A stretch of DNA of 64,000 nt, from contig DASPMI010000193.1 of NCBI GenBank assembly GCA_035627135.1, positions 1,708-65,707 on the forward strand, read 5' to 3'. The stretch is from Anaeromyxobacter sp. (GTDB taxonomy: Bacteria > Myxococcota > Myxococcia > Myxococcales > Anaeromyxobacteraceae). The translations under genes were made by a program, and so were the position numbers. The notes under the pieces were generated by a model. It was not told where the DNA came from. It searched no databases and worked only from the letters and a program-made list of their open reading frames with translations. Of the stretch, positions 1 through 10,030 are shown one piece after another (within the stretch, counting starts at the first letter, position 1; every line of letters begins with the position of its first letter).

Positions 1-1
1 G

Positions 2-346
2 AAGGACCCGAAGCAGGAGTACAAGAAGGAAGGCTACGCGATGTTCGTCCAGATGACCTGGCGCGTGAAGAGCGCGGTCATCGGGAACCTGCTCCGGCTC
101 CAGCTCGTCCGTCAGGAGTCGGCGGAGGAGATCGAGGCGAAGCGCCTCGCGATGCAGCGCCGCGCGATGGCGATGGCGCGCGCGAGCCACGCCGAGGCCG
201 GCGCGGGGGCGGACGGCGAGGCCAAGAAGCCGAAGCAGGAGACGGTCGTCCGCACGCAGCCCAAGGTCGGCCGGAACGACCCGTGCCCGTGCGGCTCGGG
301 CAAGAAGTACAAGAAGTGCCACGGGGCGACGGAGACGGCGGCGTAG
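2..346 (+). CDS. secA: Preprotein translocase SecA, C-terminal part (5' truncated by window)
   Basis: [11 protein letters not shown] motif and terminal SEC-C zinc motif [20 protein letters not shown]. Confidence 0.97.
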   Translation, partial: KDPKQEYKKEGYAMFVQMTWRVKSAVIGNLLRLQLVRQESAEEIEAKRLAMQRRAMAMARASHAEAGAGADGEAKKPKQETVVRTQPKVGRNDPCPCGSGKKYKKCHGATETAA

Positions 347-918
347 GGGCGTTGCTCTCGTCAGTCGTGTCTTGGCGTGTTGGCGTCCGTTCGTCGGATC
401 CTTTCGTCGCGTTGGTGTCCGTACGCCTCGCCTGGGGGCGCGTTGCCGTGGGCGGCCGCCGGGGCCTGCCGGGCTCGCCGACCAGGTAGAATGCTCGGCG
501 CGCAGGCTGATCGGATGCCGCGCGCGGAGGACGCACGGCGCGTTCGTGCGCTCGGGGCAAACTCGGTCGGCCATATCGCGCTGCGCGCGATGGCCGACCT
601 CGGACATGCCCCTCGCGCCCGGTGGGGCCACGCCGCGCGCGTTCCTTGCTCGTTCCGTGCGGCGCCTGCGCCGATGGTCGGCTCGCTCCGGCAGGCCCCG
701 CCGTCCGCCTGGGGGCGTTGCTTGTGGCGGCTCGGCTGCAGGAACGAGAGGGGCGCTGTCCGTGATCGCGCCATGGCCGAGCGCGCCATAGCCGAGCCCT
801 CCCCTCAGCACCGTCGCCCCTCCCCTCGGGACGACCGCCCATCACTCCCGCGAGGCGTGCGGCCTCCGCCCCGGATTCGCGTACGTGCCAGGCGGGCGTC
901 GGCTGTTGGCTCGAGCGG

Positions 919-2106
919 CTAGAACGCCTCGAGGACGAGCAGATAGAACTGCACCCCGAAGCGGCTCGCCGCGACGTCCATCCGGACGTTGGCGCCCTCG
1001 TCGGTGAGCCGGTACCGGAGCCCGAGGCCGCCGGCGAGCTTGGGGTCGTCGAGCCGGAGCGCGCCGATCCGCGGGGCGACGTCGCCGACCGCGCCGAACG
1101 CGACGCCGGAGATCCGCCGCCAGATCGGCGCGCGCAGCTCGGACTGGAGCGTCCAGCCGACCTCGTCGCGGTAGCGGCCCTCGCGGATCCCGCGGAGCAT
1201 GCGGGTGGAGCCGAGCCGCGGGAGGAGCGTGAAGGGGGCCTCGCCGGAGACCGCCTCGGCGTAGCCGTGGAGCCCGAGCACGAGGCCGCCCGGGAGCGGC
1301 GCGAAGTGGCGGAGCTCCAGGACGCCGCGGCCGTAGGCGCCGGTCCGCGACAGCGCCGCCGGCGCGTACACGTACCAGACCTGCGCCATCGACCCGCGCC
1401 GGGGCCAGAACGTCCCCTCGCGCGTGTCCCAGGTGAGCCCGAGCCCGGCCGCCGCGCCCGCGGAGCCGTCCGCGCCGGTGACTCCGCCCGCGGCGAGCGC
1501 GCCGTCCGGCGCGACCTCGTCGATCTCCTCGGCGCGGAGCTCGAGCCGCGGCCCGGCGCGGAGGCGGGCCCACCCGAGGACCGGCACCTCCGCCGAGGCG
1601 ACGAGGTCGAGCGTACGGCGCCGGAACTTCTCGCGCGCGCCCGAGCGCGTGTCCGGGCCGATGCCGTAGAAGCGATCCGGGTACGACACGGCGCGCGCCC
1701 GCGCCCCCAGCACGGCGCCCCCGGGGCGCGCGTAGTCGGCGGCGAGGTCCAGGAGGCCCTGGCCCTCGGTCGTGTAGAGCGCGGTGGCGAAGAGGCTCGC
1801 CGGGCGCGGCGCGCCTTCCACCGGCAGGTGCAGGCCCGCCGAGGCGCCCCCGCCGAGCCCGGTCTCGGGCAGGTACGAGACCACGGGGATGAGGAACCAC
1901 CGGCGGCGCGCGGCGTCCGGCGCCGGCAGGGGGACGGGCGCGGGCGCCGGATTCGGAGGGGTGGTGACCGCGGCCGGGACCGCCTCCACCGCGCCGGACG
2001 GGGAGACCGCGGGCGGCGGGGGCGACGTGGCGGAGCTGACGTCGGCGCTCGCCGTCCGCGCGGCGACCAGGAGGGAGACGAGGGAGATGAGGGCGGCGCG
2101 CCGCAT
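919..2106 (-). CDS. Omp85/BamA-TamA family outer-membrane beta-barrel, no obvious POTRA domains
   Basis: Signal peptide, Pro-rich linker, alternating beta strands, RGIREGRY loop motif, C-terminal Phe. Confidence 0.8.
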   Translation of the reverse strand: MRRAALISLVSLLVAARTASADVSSATSPPPPAVSPSGAVEAVPAAVTTPPNPAPAPVPLPAPDAARRRWFLIPVVSYLPETGLGGGASAGLHLPVEGAPRPASLFATALYTTEGQGLLDLAADYARPGGAVLGARARAVSYPDRFYGIGPDTRSGAREKFRRRTLDLVASAEVPVLGWARLRAGPRLELRAEEIDEVAPDGALAAGGVTGADGSAGAAAGLGLTWDTREGTFWPRRGSMAQVWYVYAPAALSRTGAYGRGVLELRHFAPLPGGLVLGLHGYAEAVSGEAPFTLLPRLGSTRMLRGIREGRYRDEVGWTLQSELRAPIWRRISGVAFGAVGDVAPRIGALRLDDPKLAGGLGLRYRLTDEGANVRMDVAASRFGVQFYLLVLEAF

Positions 2107-2203
2107 GGGTCCGGCGCAGCGTACCGGTCCGGCGGTCGCGGGGCCAGCCGTACAAGGGTGGGCAGGTGACGCCGCTGTGCGCCGGTGCTAGGTCTCCCCT
2201 CGC

Positions 2204-3142
2204 GTGCAGACGCCCGAGCCGTTCGACCTGCTCCTCACCGTCGAGAGCCACGGCTGGTACGACCTCCCGCCGTGGCGCTGGGACCGCGCCCAGCGGCGGC
2301 TGGGGAGACCGCTGCGGCTCGCCTCCGGCCGCGCCGTGTTCGCCGAGGTCGGCCAGGCGGACCGCGGGCTCGCGTTCCGGGCCGTCGCCGAGGGGCGGCT
2401 CTCGGCCGCCGAGGCCCGCGAGGCGCGGGACGCGATGGCGGCCTGCCTCGCGCTCGACGAGGACCTGGCGCCCTTCCGCGCCCGCGTCGAGGCGCTCGAG
2501 GCGGTGCGGGCGTCGGGTAAGGGCAAGGACCTGCCGGATCTGCGCTGGGCGGTCGCGAGCGGTGCGGGGCGGCTGCTCCGCTCCCCGACGGTCTTCGAGG
2601 ACGCGGTGAAGACCCTCTGCACCACGAACTGCACCTGGGCGGTGACGCGGGGGATGGTCGGGCGCCTCTGCGCCGAGCTCGGCGCGCCCGCGCCGCTCGA
2701 GACCCGGACGTTCCCCACGCCCGCGGCGATGGCGTCGCGCGACGCGCGCTTCTACCGCGAGGTGATCCGGACCGGGTACCGGGCGCCGTTCTTCGTCGCC
2801 CTCGCCCGCGGGGTGGCGGAGGGCCGGATCGACCTCGAGCGGCTGCGCACGCCGGCCCACCCGGCGGAGGACGTCGACGCCGTCGCCCGCGAGATCCGCG
2901 CGCTCGACGGGTTCGGCCCCTACGCGACCGAGCACCTGCTGCGGCTGCTCGGCCGCCACGGGCACCTCGCGCTCGACTCGTGGAACCGGAAGAAGCTCGC
3001 GCAGCTCCGCGGGAAGCGCCGGCCGCCCAGCGATCGCACCCTGCGGCGCTGGTACGCCCGGTACGGGGAGTGGGCCGGGCTCGCGATGTGGCTCGAGGTG
3101 ACGGCCGACTGGCACGCGGGCGAGCTGCCCGGGTGGCCGTGA
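2204..3142 (+). CDS. HhH-GPD DNA glycosylase (AlkA/OGG-like)
   Basis: FEDAVKTLCTTNC, HhH LDGFGPYATE, conserved Asp in LALDSW. Confidence 0.85.
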   Translation: MQTPEPFDLLLTVESHGWYDLPPWRWDRAQRRLGRPLRLASGRAVFAEVGQADRGLAFRAVAEGRLSAAEAREARDAMAACLALDEDLAPFRARVEALEAVRASGKGKDLPDLRWAVASGAGRLLRSPTVFEDAVKTLCTTNCTWAVTRGMVGRLCAELGAPAPLETRTFPTPAAMASRDARFYREVIRTGYRAPFFVALARGVAEGRIDLERLRTPAHPAEDVDAVAREIRALDGFGPYATEHLLRLLGRHGHLALDSWNRKKLAQLRGKRRPPSDRTLRRWYARYGEWAGLAMWLEVTADWHAGELPGWP

Positions 3143-3143
3143 A

Positions 3144-3226
3144 CAGGCTTCAGGGGTCAGGCTTCAGGTCAGGAACGACGGCGTGTGCTTTTCCTGTAGC
3201 CTGTAGCCCGTAGGCTGGAGCCCAGG
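3144..3226. repeat. Family A heptamer-armed palindromic REP-like element
   Basis: Left arm caggcttcaggggtcaggcttcagg, right arm cctgtagcctgtagcccgtagg. Confidence 0.8.
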
Positions 3227-3240
3227 ATCGGGAGGAAACG

Positions 3241-3486
3241 ATGAAAGCGGCGTTCGTGCTCGTGAAGTGCGAGCTGGGCAAGCTCGAAACGGTGGCCAAC
3301 GCGATCATGGAGATCGAGGGCGTGTCGGAGGTCCACTCGATCACCGGGCCGTGGGATCTCCTGGTGAAGCTGTACGCGCCCGATCACGACGCCTTCGGAG
3401 ATCTCATCCCCGACAAGCTCCAGAAGATCGAGGGGATCCGCGACACCGAGACGCTGCTCGCGTTCCGCGCGTTCAAACCCACCTGA
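3241..3486 (+). CDS. Stand-alone Lrp/AsnC ligand-binding (RAM) domain protein
   Basis: 81 aa, EVHSITGPWDLLVKL and IEGIRDTET motifs, no HTH; SD GGAGG upstream. Confidence 0.88.
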   Translation: MKAAFVLVKCELGKLETVANAIMEIEGVSEVHSITGPWDLLVKLYAPDHDAFGDLIPDKLQKIEGIRDTETLLAFRAFKPT

Positions 3487-3523
3487 AGGTGCGACGTCAT
3501 TCGCCTGAGGTCTGAGGCCTGCT

Positions 3524-4657
3524 CTACGGCGTCCCCGCCTGCTTCTCCGGCCGCGGCTCCGGCGCGGCGGGGGGCAGCGCCGCCGCCGCGGCGGGCGAGA
3601 CGGGGGAGAGCTCCTCGGGCGGCCCGAACTCCCGCCGGTACATGTGCGCGACCGTCACGAGGAACGTGAGCACGAGCGGACCGAGCACGAGGCCGATGCC
3701 GCCGAACGCTGCGAGGCCGCCGAGCAGGGCGAAGAAGAGCAGCCCGCCGTGCAGCGCCATGCCGCCGCGGAGCAGGTAGGGCCGGGCGACGTTGTCGACG
3801 AGCGACACGATCACGATGCCCCACGCGATGAGGAAGACGCCGGCGATCGGGTGGCCGGTCGCGAGGAGCAGGAGGCCGACCGTCACCACCACGAAGGAGC
3901 CGCCGACGGCGGGCACGAGCGCGACGATGAAGGTCGCCAGCGTGAGGAAGAACAGGTTCGGCGCGCGCGCGATGACGTAGCCCACCACGCCCGCCCCGGT
4001 CTGGATGGCGGCCGTGGCGAGGCTCGCGAGGAGCACGGAGACGCTCGTGCGCCGGAACTCGTCGAGGAGCTTGCGGAGCTGGCCGGGGCGGAGCGGCACG
4101 TGGGCGTCGATCCAGTCCACGAGGCGCGAGCCGTCGGTGAGGAAGAAGAAGAGGGCGATGAGGAAGAGGACCGCCCGGAAGATCGCCGCGCCCGTGGCCA
4201 CGAGGAACCCGCCCACGGCCTGCGCCGCCTCGCCGCCGCCCGCGCCCGCGAGCTGCCGGAGCGACCGCTGCGGATCGGGGATCGCCGCGACGAGGCGGCG
4301 GGCCAGCTCCTCGATGGGATCGGGGAGCCGCCGGACGAGCCCGGCGAACCCCTCGCTCGCGAGCGCCTTCCGGAACCACTCGATCCCCTCCAGGACCTCC
4401 GTGACGATCGCGGCGCTCAGCCCGCCGAGCGGGAGGACGACCGCGAGCAGCACGCCGAGCGTGATCACCAGGGCCGCGAGCTTCCGGCGGCCGCGGAGCA
4501 GGCCCGTGAGGCGATCGAACGGCGTCTGGAGCGCCGCCGCGAACACGGCGGCGAGCGTGAGCGGGACCCAGAACGGGAGGATGAGCCACGCCGCGAGGGC
4601 GATGGCCGCGATGAGCAGGAAGACGAGCAGGCGCTGGGCGTGGACCTCGGAGGCCAT
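3524..4657 (-). CDS. AI-2E family transporter
   Basis: Multi-TM; LFFFLTDG, DNVARPYL and GGIGLVLGP motifs. Confidence 0.9.
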   Translation of the reverse strand: MASEVHAQRLLVFLLIAAIALAAWLILPFWVPLTLAAVFAAALQTPFDRLTGLLRGRRKLAALVITLGVLLAVVLPLGGLSAAIVTEVLEGIEWFRKALASEGFAGLVRRLPDPIEELARRLVAAIPDPQRSLRQLAGAGGGEAAQAVGGFLVATGAAIFRAVLFLIALFFFLTDGSRLVDWIDAHVPLRPGQLRKLLDEFRRTSVSVLLASLATAAIQTGAGVVGYVIARAPNLFFLTLATFIVALVPAVGGSFVVVTVGLLLLATGHPIAGVFLIAWGIVIVSLVDNVARPYLLRGGMALHGGLLFFALLGGLAAFGGIGLVLGPLVLTFLVTVAHMYRREFGPPEELSPVSPAAAAALPPAAPEPRPEKQAGTP

Positions 4658-4670
4658 CGGGATCTCCCAC

Positions 4671-5378
4671 TCAAAAGTTCGAGTACACCCGCTCCTTCGG
4701 CACGCCGGCCTCCGCGAGCGTCCGCCGCACGTCGTCGACCATCGCCGTCATCCCGGACACGAACGCGCAGGTCTCGCCGGGGGCCGAGCCGCCGAACGCC
4801 AGCGTGCGCGCCACCTCCTGGACGCGCCCGCGGACCCCTTCCCAGGCGTCGTCCGCCTGGGACGGGCAGAGCACGACCCGCACGCCGGCGCGCTCCCAGG
4901 CGAGGTACTCGCCGCGGTACGCGAACTCGGCGCCGTGCCGCTGGCCGTAGAAGAGCGTGAGCCGGTTCACCCGCTGGCGCTCGCGCACGAGGTGCTGGAT
5001 GACGGCGCGGATCGGCGCGACGCCGGAGCCGGCGGCGAACAGCAGCACGTCGCGGCCGAGCGCGGCCTCCACAGGGAAGCCGTTCCCGAACGGCTCGGTG
5101 AGCTCGAGCGCGCCGCCGGGGGCCGCGTCGGCGATCACCGCGTCGGCGACCTTGCCGCCGCGCTTCACGAGGAGCTCGGCGACGCCCGCCGGGTCGGGCG
5201 CGCTGGCGAGGGCGAAGAACCCCTCGCCCGGGCGCGTCCGGATCTTCACCACCTGGCCCGGCTGCACGTGGGCGCGCGCCAGCGGCGCGGGGAGCGCGAG
5301 GCGAATGCCCCGGAACGCGGCCGTCTCGTCCCAGGCCCCGAGGACCGGCACGGCGTGATGGACGGTCGGCCCGAGCAT
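4671..5378 (-). CDS. FAD/NAD(P)-binding oxidoreductase (FNR-like)
   Basis: PGQVV, PFGNGF, AAGSGVAP, LFYGQR motifs, terminal NF. Confidence 0.85.
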   Translation of the reverse strand: MLGPTVHHAVPVLGAWDETAAFRGIRLALPAPLARAHVQPGQVVKIRTRPGEGFFALASAPDPAGVAELLVKRGGKVADAVIADAAPGGALELTEPFGNGFPVEAALGRDVLLFAAGSGVAPIRAVIQHLVRERQRVNRLTLFYGQRHGAEFAYRGEYLAWERAGVRVVLCPSQADDAWEGVRGRVQEVARTLAFGGSAPGETCAFVSGMTAMVDDVRRTLAEAGVPKERVYSNF

Positions 5379-5454
5379 GGGAGAGATGTAACGCAGAGAC
5401 GAGTCGGGCGAAACAGGTCGGCTCGCCCGCGCAGGCCGCCGCCGTCCGCTCCGC

Positions 5455-5982
5455 TCAGTACTTCAGGAGTGAGTGCACCCGCTCCGGGCCGAGCCGCTTC
5501 GCGCCGTCGAGGAAGCCGAGCTCCACGAGGAACGAGAAGCCGACGAGCGTCCCGCCCTGCCGCGAGACGAGGCGGCCCGTGGCGTCGGCGGTGCCGCCGG
5601 TGGCGAGCACGTCGTCCACCACCAGCACCCGATCGCCGGGTTGCACCGCGTCGACGTGCAGCTCGAGCGCGTTCTCGCCGTACTCGAGGGCGTAGACCTC
5701 GCGGATGACGTGCCACGGGAGCTTCCCGGGCTTGCGCACGACGGTGACGCCGGAGCCGAGCGCGTACGCGAGCGGCGCGGCGAAGAGGAAGCCGCGCGAC
5801 TCGATGCCGACCACGCGATCGATCTGCTCGCCGCGCCAGCGCGCCGCGAACGCGTCCACCACCTGCCGGAACAGCGCCGCGTCGGCGAGGACGGGCGTGA
5901 TGTCCTTGAACACGATGCCCCGCTGCGGGAAGTCCGGGACGTCCCGGACGCGGGCGCGGACGGCGTCCATGGGGTCGGTCAT
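5455..5982 (-). CDS. apt: Adenine phosphoribosyltransferase
   Basis: [26 protein letters not shown] motif [11 protein letters not shown]. Confidence 0.97.
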   Translation of the reverse strand: MTDPMDAVRARVRDVPDFPQRGIVFKDITPVLADAALFRQVVDAFAARWRGEQIDRVVGIESRGFLFAAPLAYALGSGVTVVRKPGKLPWHVIREVYALEYGENALELHVDAVQPGDRVLVVDDVLATGGTADATGRLVSRQGGTLVGFSFLVELGFLDGAKRLGPERVHSLLKY

Positions 5983-6020
5983 GTGGAAAACCCTATCACG
6001 TCCGATCGGGGGCGCGGATG

Positions 6021-6794
6021 CTACCGAAGGTAGAGGAGCGGGTCCCTCGGCTTCACCCCCTGGCGGACCTCGAAGTGGAGGTGCGGGCCCGTCGTCCGTC
6101 CCGTCTGGCCGACCTTCGCGACCGGCTCACCCTGCCGCACGCGCGCGCCCTCTCGCACCAGGATCTGCGAGTTGTGCGCGTACACGGTCACGAGGCCCCC
6201 GTCGTGGCGGAGGATGACGACCTTGCCGTAGCCGCTCTGAACGCCGACGAAGACGACCTCGCCATCCGCGGCCGCCGTCACCTGCGTGCCGTGCGGCGCG
6301 GCGATGTCGATGCCGTCGTGGTTGCGCGCCCCGCGCTTCCCGTAGCGGCCGTAGAGCACGCCCTTGAGCGGCCAGGCGAACGGGGCGGCCGAGGGCGCCG
6401 TCCGCACCGCCGCGGGATCGACGCGCGGCGCGGCGGGCGCGGGCGGGGCGGGCGCCGGGTCGGGGGAGCCGCCGAACCCCGGCGCCGGCTCCACGTCGAG
6501 CACCCGCGTCGCCCCGGGGACGAAGAGCTCCTGGCCGACGGCGAGCGTGCGCGGATCCTCGATGCCGTTGGTCCGCAGGAGATCGTCCGGCTCGAGCCCG
6601 TACGCCTTCGCGATCCGGTAGACGTTCTGCCCAGGCTGCACCACGTGGACGACGCCCGCGACGTCGGTGCCCTCGGGGATGGAGAGGGGCGGGCGCGGCG
6701 GCGCGGTCGCGCCGGCGCGCGGGCCGGCGCCGTCGTCCGTGGCGCAGGCGCAGAGCGCGGCCAGGGCGAGCGCGAGCCCGGGCCGGCTGGTCAC
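6021..6794 (-). CDS. nlpD: LysM + M23 peptidase lipoprotein (NlpD-like)
   Basis: Lipobox LCAC, Lys[19 protein letters not shown]23 HDGIDI and HLHFEVR; GTG start overlaps surE stop. Confidence 0.88.
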   Translation of the reverse strand: MTSRPGLALALAALCACATDDGAGPRAGATAPPRPPLSIPEGTDVAGVVHVVQPGQNVYRIAKAYGLEPDDLLRTNGIEDPRTLAVGQELFVPGATRVLDVEPAPGFGGSPDPAPAPPAPAAPRVDPAAVRTAPSAAPFAWPLKGVLYGRYGKRGARNHDGIDIAAPHGTQVTAAADGEVVFVGVQSGYGKVVILRHDGGLVTVYAHNSQILVREGARVRQGEPVAKVGQTGRTTGPHLHFEVRQGVKPRDPLLYLR

Positions 6795-7564
6795 GGGCTC
6801 CGTTCCTTCTCGTACCCCGGGACCGCGAGATCCTGCAGCCGCGCGAGCGCGGGGTCGTGGGTGGGATCGAGGTGGAGCGGGGTCACCGCGGCGAGGCCCG
6901 CCTTCACGGCGTTGCAGTCCGAGCCCGGGATGTCCTCGTTGCGCGCGCCGCCCTCGCCGCCGATCCAGTAGTACTTGCGGCCGCGCGGGTCCGTCTTCTC
7001 CACGACCTCGTTGCCGTACGTGCGCCGGCCGAGCCGCGTGACCGTGAAGCCGCGCACGGGCCCGGGCGGCACGTTCACGTTGAGGAGCAGCGGCGCGGGG
7101 CTCGCGCCGTTCGCGGGCGGCACCATCATGCGCCGCACGAGGGCGGCGGCGAACCGGGCCGCGTGCTCGAAGTCGTGGGGCGGCGACGCGGCCAGCGAGA
7201 TCGCCGCCGCGGGGACGCCGAGGAGCGCGCCCTCGATCGCGGCCGCGACCGTGCCCGAGTAGTGGACGTCGTTCCCGAGGTTCGGGCCGTGGTTGATCCC
7301 CGACACCACGACGTCGGGGCGGGCGTGCTTGAGGACGAGGCAGATGCCCATGTACACGGCGTCGGTGGGCGTCCCGTCCACGGCGTACCACCGCGGCTGC
7401 ACCTCGGCCATCCGGAGCGGCCGGTGCAGCGAGATCGCGTGGGACGACGCCGACTGCTCGCGGTCCGGCGCGACCACCCACACCTCGTCCCCGGAGAAGG
7501 CCGCCGCGAGCGCGCGCAGGCCAGCGGCGTGCACGCCGTCGTCGTTCGAGAGGAGGACTCGCAC
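6791..7564 (-). CDS. surE: 5'/3'-nucleotidase SurE
   Basis: LLSNDDG, DGTPTD, SGINHGPNLG, YSGTVAAA motifs; GTG start at 7564. Confidence 0.96.
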   Translation of the reverse strand: MRVLLSNDDGVHAAGLRALAAAFSGDEVWVVAPDREQSASSHAISLHRPLRMAEVQPRWYAVDGTPTDAVYMGICLVLKHARPDVVVSGINHGPNLGNDVHYSGTVAAAIEGALLGVPAAAISLAASPPHDFEHAARFAAALVRRMMVPPANGASPAPLLLNVNVPPGPVRGFTVTRLGRRTYGNEVVEKTDPRGRKYYWIGGEGGARNEDIPGSDCNAVKAGLAAVTPLHLDPTHDPALARLQDLAVPGYEKERSP

Positions 7565-7650
7565 GGCGCAGAATGTACCAACCGGTGCCGCGTGCCGCCA
7601 GGAAGGCGGTCGAGGAGACGGCAGGCGGCGGCGACCGCGCCGAGCAGGAG

Positions 7651-7684
7651 GCCTGGAGCCCGGAGCCCGAAGCCTGTAGCCTGG
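7651..7684. repeat. Family A half-element
   Basis: Tandem 7-mers gcctggagcccggagcccgaagcctgtagcctgg. Confidence 0.7.
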
Positions 7685-7691
7685 CGACCAC

Positions 7692-9455
7692 GTGACGGGA
7701 CCAGGGGACACGCAGGGCGGCGGGCTGGCCTCGGAGCGGGCCGCGCGCCGCGAGGCGGAGCGGCTGGCGGCCCGGCTCGGGCGGCTGCAGGCCGTCACGG
7801 CCGCCCTGTCGCGCGCCCGCACGCCGGACGAGGTGGCCGAGGCGGCGCTCTCGACGGGCCTGTCCGCGCTCGGAGCGCACTCCGGCGTGCTCCTGGTGCA
7901 GGGCGCCCTCGGGACGGCGCTGGAGGTCCTGCGGGCCAAGGGCATCGACGATCCGGCCCTGCACCGCTGCCTCGCCGCCGGCGGCCGCTCGCCGGCCGAG
8001 GAGGCCTGGAAGTCGGGGGAGCCGCTCTACCTCGCGGAGCCGGACGCGATCGACGCCGACTTCCCGGCGTTCGCGGCGGCGCTCGGGGAGGTGCCCTGGC
8101 GCGCGTTCGCGGCGCTGCCGCTCGCCGCCGAGGGCCGGGTGCTCGGGATGCTCCTCCTCGGGTTCGACGAGGCGCGGCCCTTCGGCGAGGACGAGCGGGC
8201 GCTGGCGGGCGCGGTGGCGGGCCTCTGCGCGCAGGCGCTCGACCGGGCGCGGCTCTTCGTGGCGGAGCGCGTCTCGCGCGCCGAGGCGGTCGCGGCGCAG
8301 CGGCGGCTCGCGTTCCTCGACTCCCTCTCCGCGGTCGTCACCGACACGCTCGATCCGGGCGAGATGGCGACGCGCGTGGTCGCGCTCGCGGTGCCCGCGC
8401 TCGGCGACTGGGCGGCCGTGTTCACCGTGGGAGAAGACGGCGCCGTGGCGCGCGCGGCGGCGTCCGGGCCGGAGGCGCTCGCGGAGCGCGCCGGGTCCCT
8501 CCTCGCCGGCGAGCTGCGCCCGCGGCTCGAGGCCGTGGCGCAGGGCGGGGCGCCGGCCGTGGTCGAGGCCGAGCCAGGCGACCCCCGCGCGCCGCTCGTC
8601 GCGGCGCTCGTCCACCTCGGGGCCCGGGGCCAGGGCTTCGGCGCGCTCGTGGTCGCGTCCGCCGACCCGGTCCAGAGGTACGGCCCGCAGGACGTCGCGC
8701 TCCTCTCCGACGTCGCCCGGCGCACGGCGCTCGGGCTCGAGCACGCGCGCCTGTACCACGCCGCGCAGCTCGCCGCCCAGGCGCGCGAGGACTTCATGCA
8801 GGTCGCCTCGCACGAGCTGCAGGGCCCGGTGGCGAGCTTCCGGCTCGGGGTGGAGCTCCTCGCGCGCGAGCTCGCCCGCGGGAGCCGCGACCGCGTGGAC
8901 GAGCGGCTCCGGGTCCTCATGCGCCAGGCCGAGCGCCTCGGACGGATCTCGAGCGCCCTCCTCGACGTGACCCGCATCACCGCCGGGCGGCTCACGCTGC
9001 TGCGCCACGAGGTGGACCTCGCGGCGCTCGCCCGCGAGGTGGTGGCGCGCCACGAGGACGAGGCGCAGGCCGCCGGCGCCCCGGTCGCGGTGGAGGCCGC
9101 GGGGCCGGTGCCGTGCCAGGCGGACCCGGACCGCGTCGAGCAGGTCGTCTCCAACCTGCTCTCGAACGCGCTCAAGTACGGCCGGGGGTCGCCGGTGCAC
9201 GTGCGCGTCCGGGCCGACGAGGGGTACGCGGTGCTCGAGGTGCAGGACGGCGGCATCGGGATCCCGCCCGAGCAGCAGGCGCGCATCTTCGGGCGGTTCG
9301 AGCGCGCCGTCCCGCCCCGGAGCTACGGGGGCCTGGGGCTCGGGCTCTGGATCGTGCGCAGCTTCGTCGAGGCGCACGGCGGGCAGATCGCCGTCCGGAG
9401 CGCGGCCGGCGAGGGATCGACCTTCACGGTCCGGCTCCCGCTCGCCGGCGGTTGA
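7692..9455 (+). CDS. Sensor histidine kinase with two GAF domains
   Basis: Two GAF-like segments; H-box SHELQGP, NALKY, DGGIG, GLGLGL. Confidence 0.92.
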   Translation: MTGPGDTQGGGLASERAARREAERLAARLGRLQAVTAALSRARTPDEVAEAALSTGLSALGAHSGVLLVQGALGTALEVLRAKGIDDPALHRCLAAGGRSPAEEAWKSGEPLYLAEPDAIDADFPAFAAALGEVPWRAFAALPLAAEGRVLGMLLLGFDEARPFGEDERALAGAVAGLCAQALDRARLFVAERVSRAEAVAAQRRLAFLDSLSAVVTDTLDPGEMATRVVALAVPALGDWAAVFTVGEDGAVARAAASGPEALAERAGSLLAGELRPRLEAVAQGGAPAVVEAEPGDPRAPLVAALVHLGARGQGFGALVVASADPVQRYGPQDVALLSDVARRTALGLEHARLYHAAQLAAQAREDFMQVASHELQGPVASFRLGVELLARELARGSRDRVDERLRVLMRQAERLGRISSALLDVTRITAGRLTLLRHEVDLAALAREVVARHEDEAQAAGAPVAVEAAGPVPCQADPDRVEQVVSNLLSNALKYGRGSPVHVRVRADEGYAVLEVQDGGIGIPPEQQARIFGRFERAVPPRSYGGLGLGLWIVRSFVEAHGGQIAVRSAAGEGSTFTVRLPLAGG

Positions 9456-9467
9456 TACACTCGCGGC

Positions 9468-9944
9468 ATGGCGCTCACGATCCGTTCCCCCGCCTTCGCG
9501 GACGGCGGCGCGATGCCGAAGCCGTTCACCTGCGAGGGTTCCAACCGCTCGCCGCCGCTCGCGTTCGCCGGCGCGCCGGCGGGCGCGAGGAGCCTCGCGC
9601 TCGTCGTCGACGATCCCGACGCCCCCGACCCGGCGGCGCCGAGGACGGTCTTCGTCCACTGGGTGCTGCACGATCTGCCGCCGGGCACGCCGGGGCTCGC
9701 CGAGGCGGTGCGGCCGGAGGATCTCCCGCCGGGCACGCAGCAGGGGACGAACGACTACGGGGCGACCGGCTGGAGAGGTCCGTGCCCACCGATCGGCCGC
9801 CATCGGTACTTCTTCAAGCTGTACGCGCTCGACGCCGCGCTCGGCCCGCTCGCCGATCGCACCAAGGCCGGCCTGCTCGCCGCGATGAAGGGGCATGTGC
9901 TCGCGGAGGCGCAGCTCGTCGGGACCTACGAGAAGAAGGGATAG
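9468..9944 (+). CDS. YbhB/YbcL (PEBP) family protein
   Basis: DDPDAP, FVHWV, GPCPPIGRHRYFFKLYALD. Confidence 0.94.
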   Translation: MALTIRSPAFADGGAMPKPFTCEGSNRSPPLAFAGAPAGARSLALVVDDPDAPDPAAPRTVFVHWVLHDLPPGTPGLAEAVRPEDLPPGTQQGTNDYGATGWRGPCPPIGRHRYFFKLYALDAALGPLADRTKAGLLAAMKGHVLAEAQLVGTYEKKG

Positions 9945-10030
9945 CGCCCGCTCGGCCGCCTGCTGACCAGGCTCCACCGCGAGTGTAGAACGGCCGTGCG
10001 ACCCCGCGCCGGACGTGGGGGCGTGCTTCC

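Noticed and set aside
361-922. Three overlapping ORFs in the secA gap as real genes
   Set aside because: No SD, atypical codon choice, no recognisable motifs and mutually overlapping
3144-3226. Spaced repeats as a CRISPR array
   Set aside because: Dispersed palindromes with 7-nt units, no regular repeat-spacer period and no cas genes
6021-9977. 1318-aa ORF suggesting a giant LysM/M23 fusion
   Set aside because: Only the last 257 codons (from GTG 6794) are a real lipoprotein; the rest overlaps surE and the kinase in shadow frames
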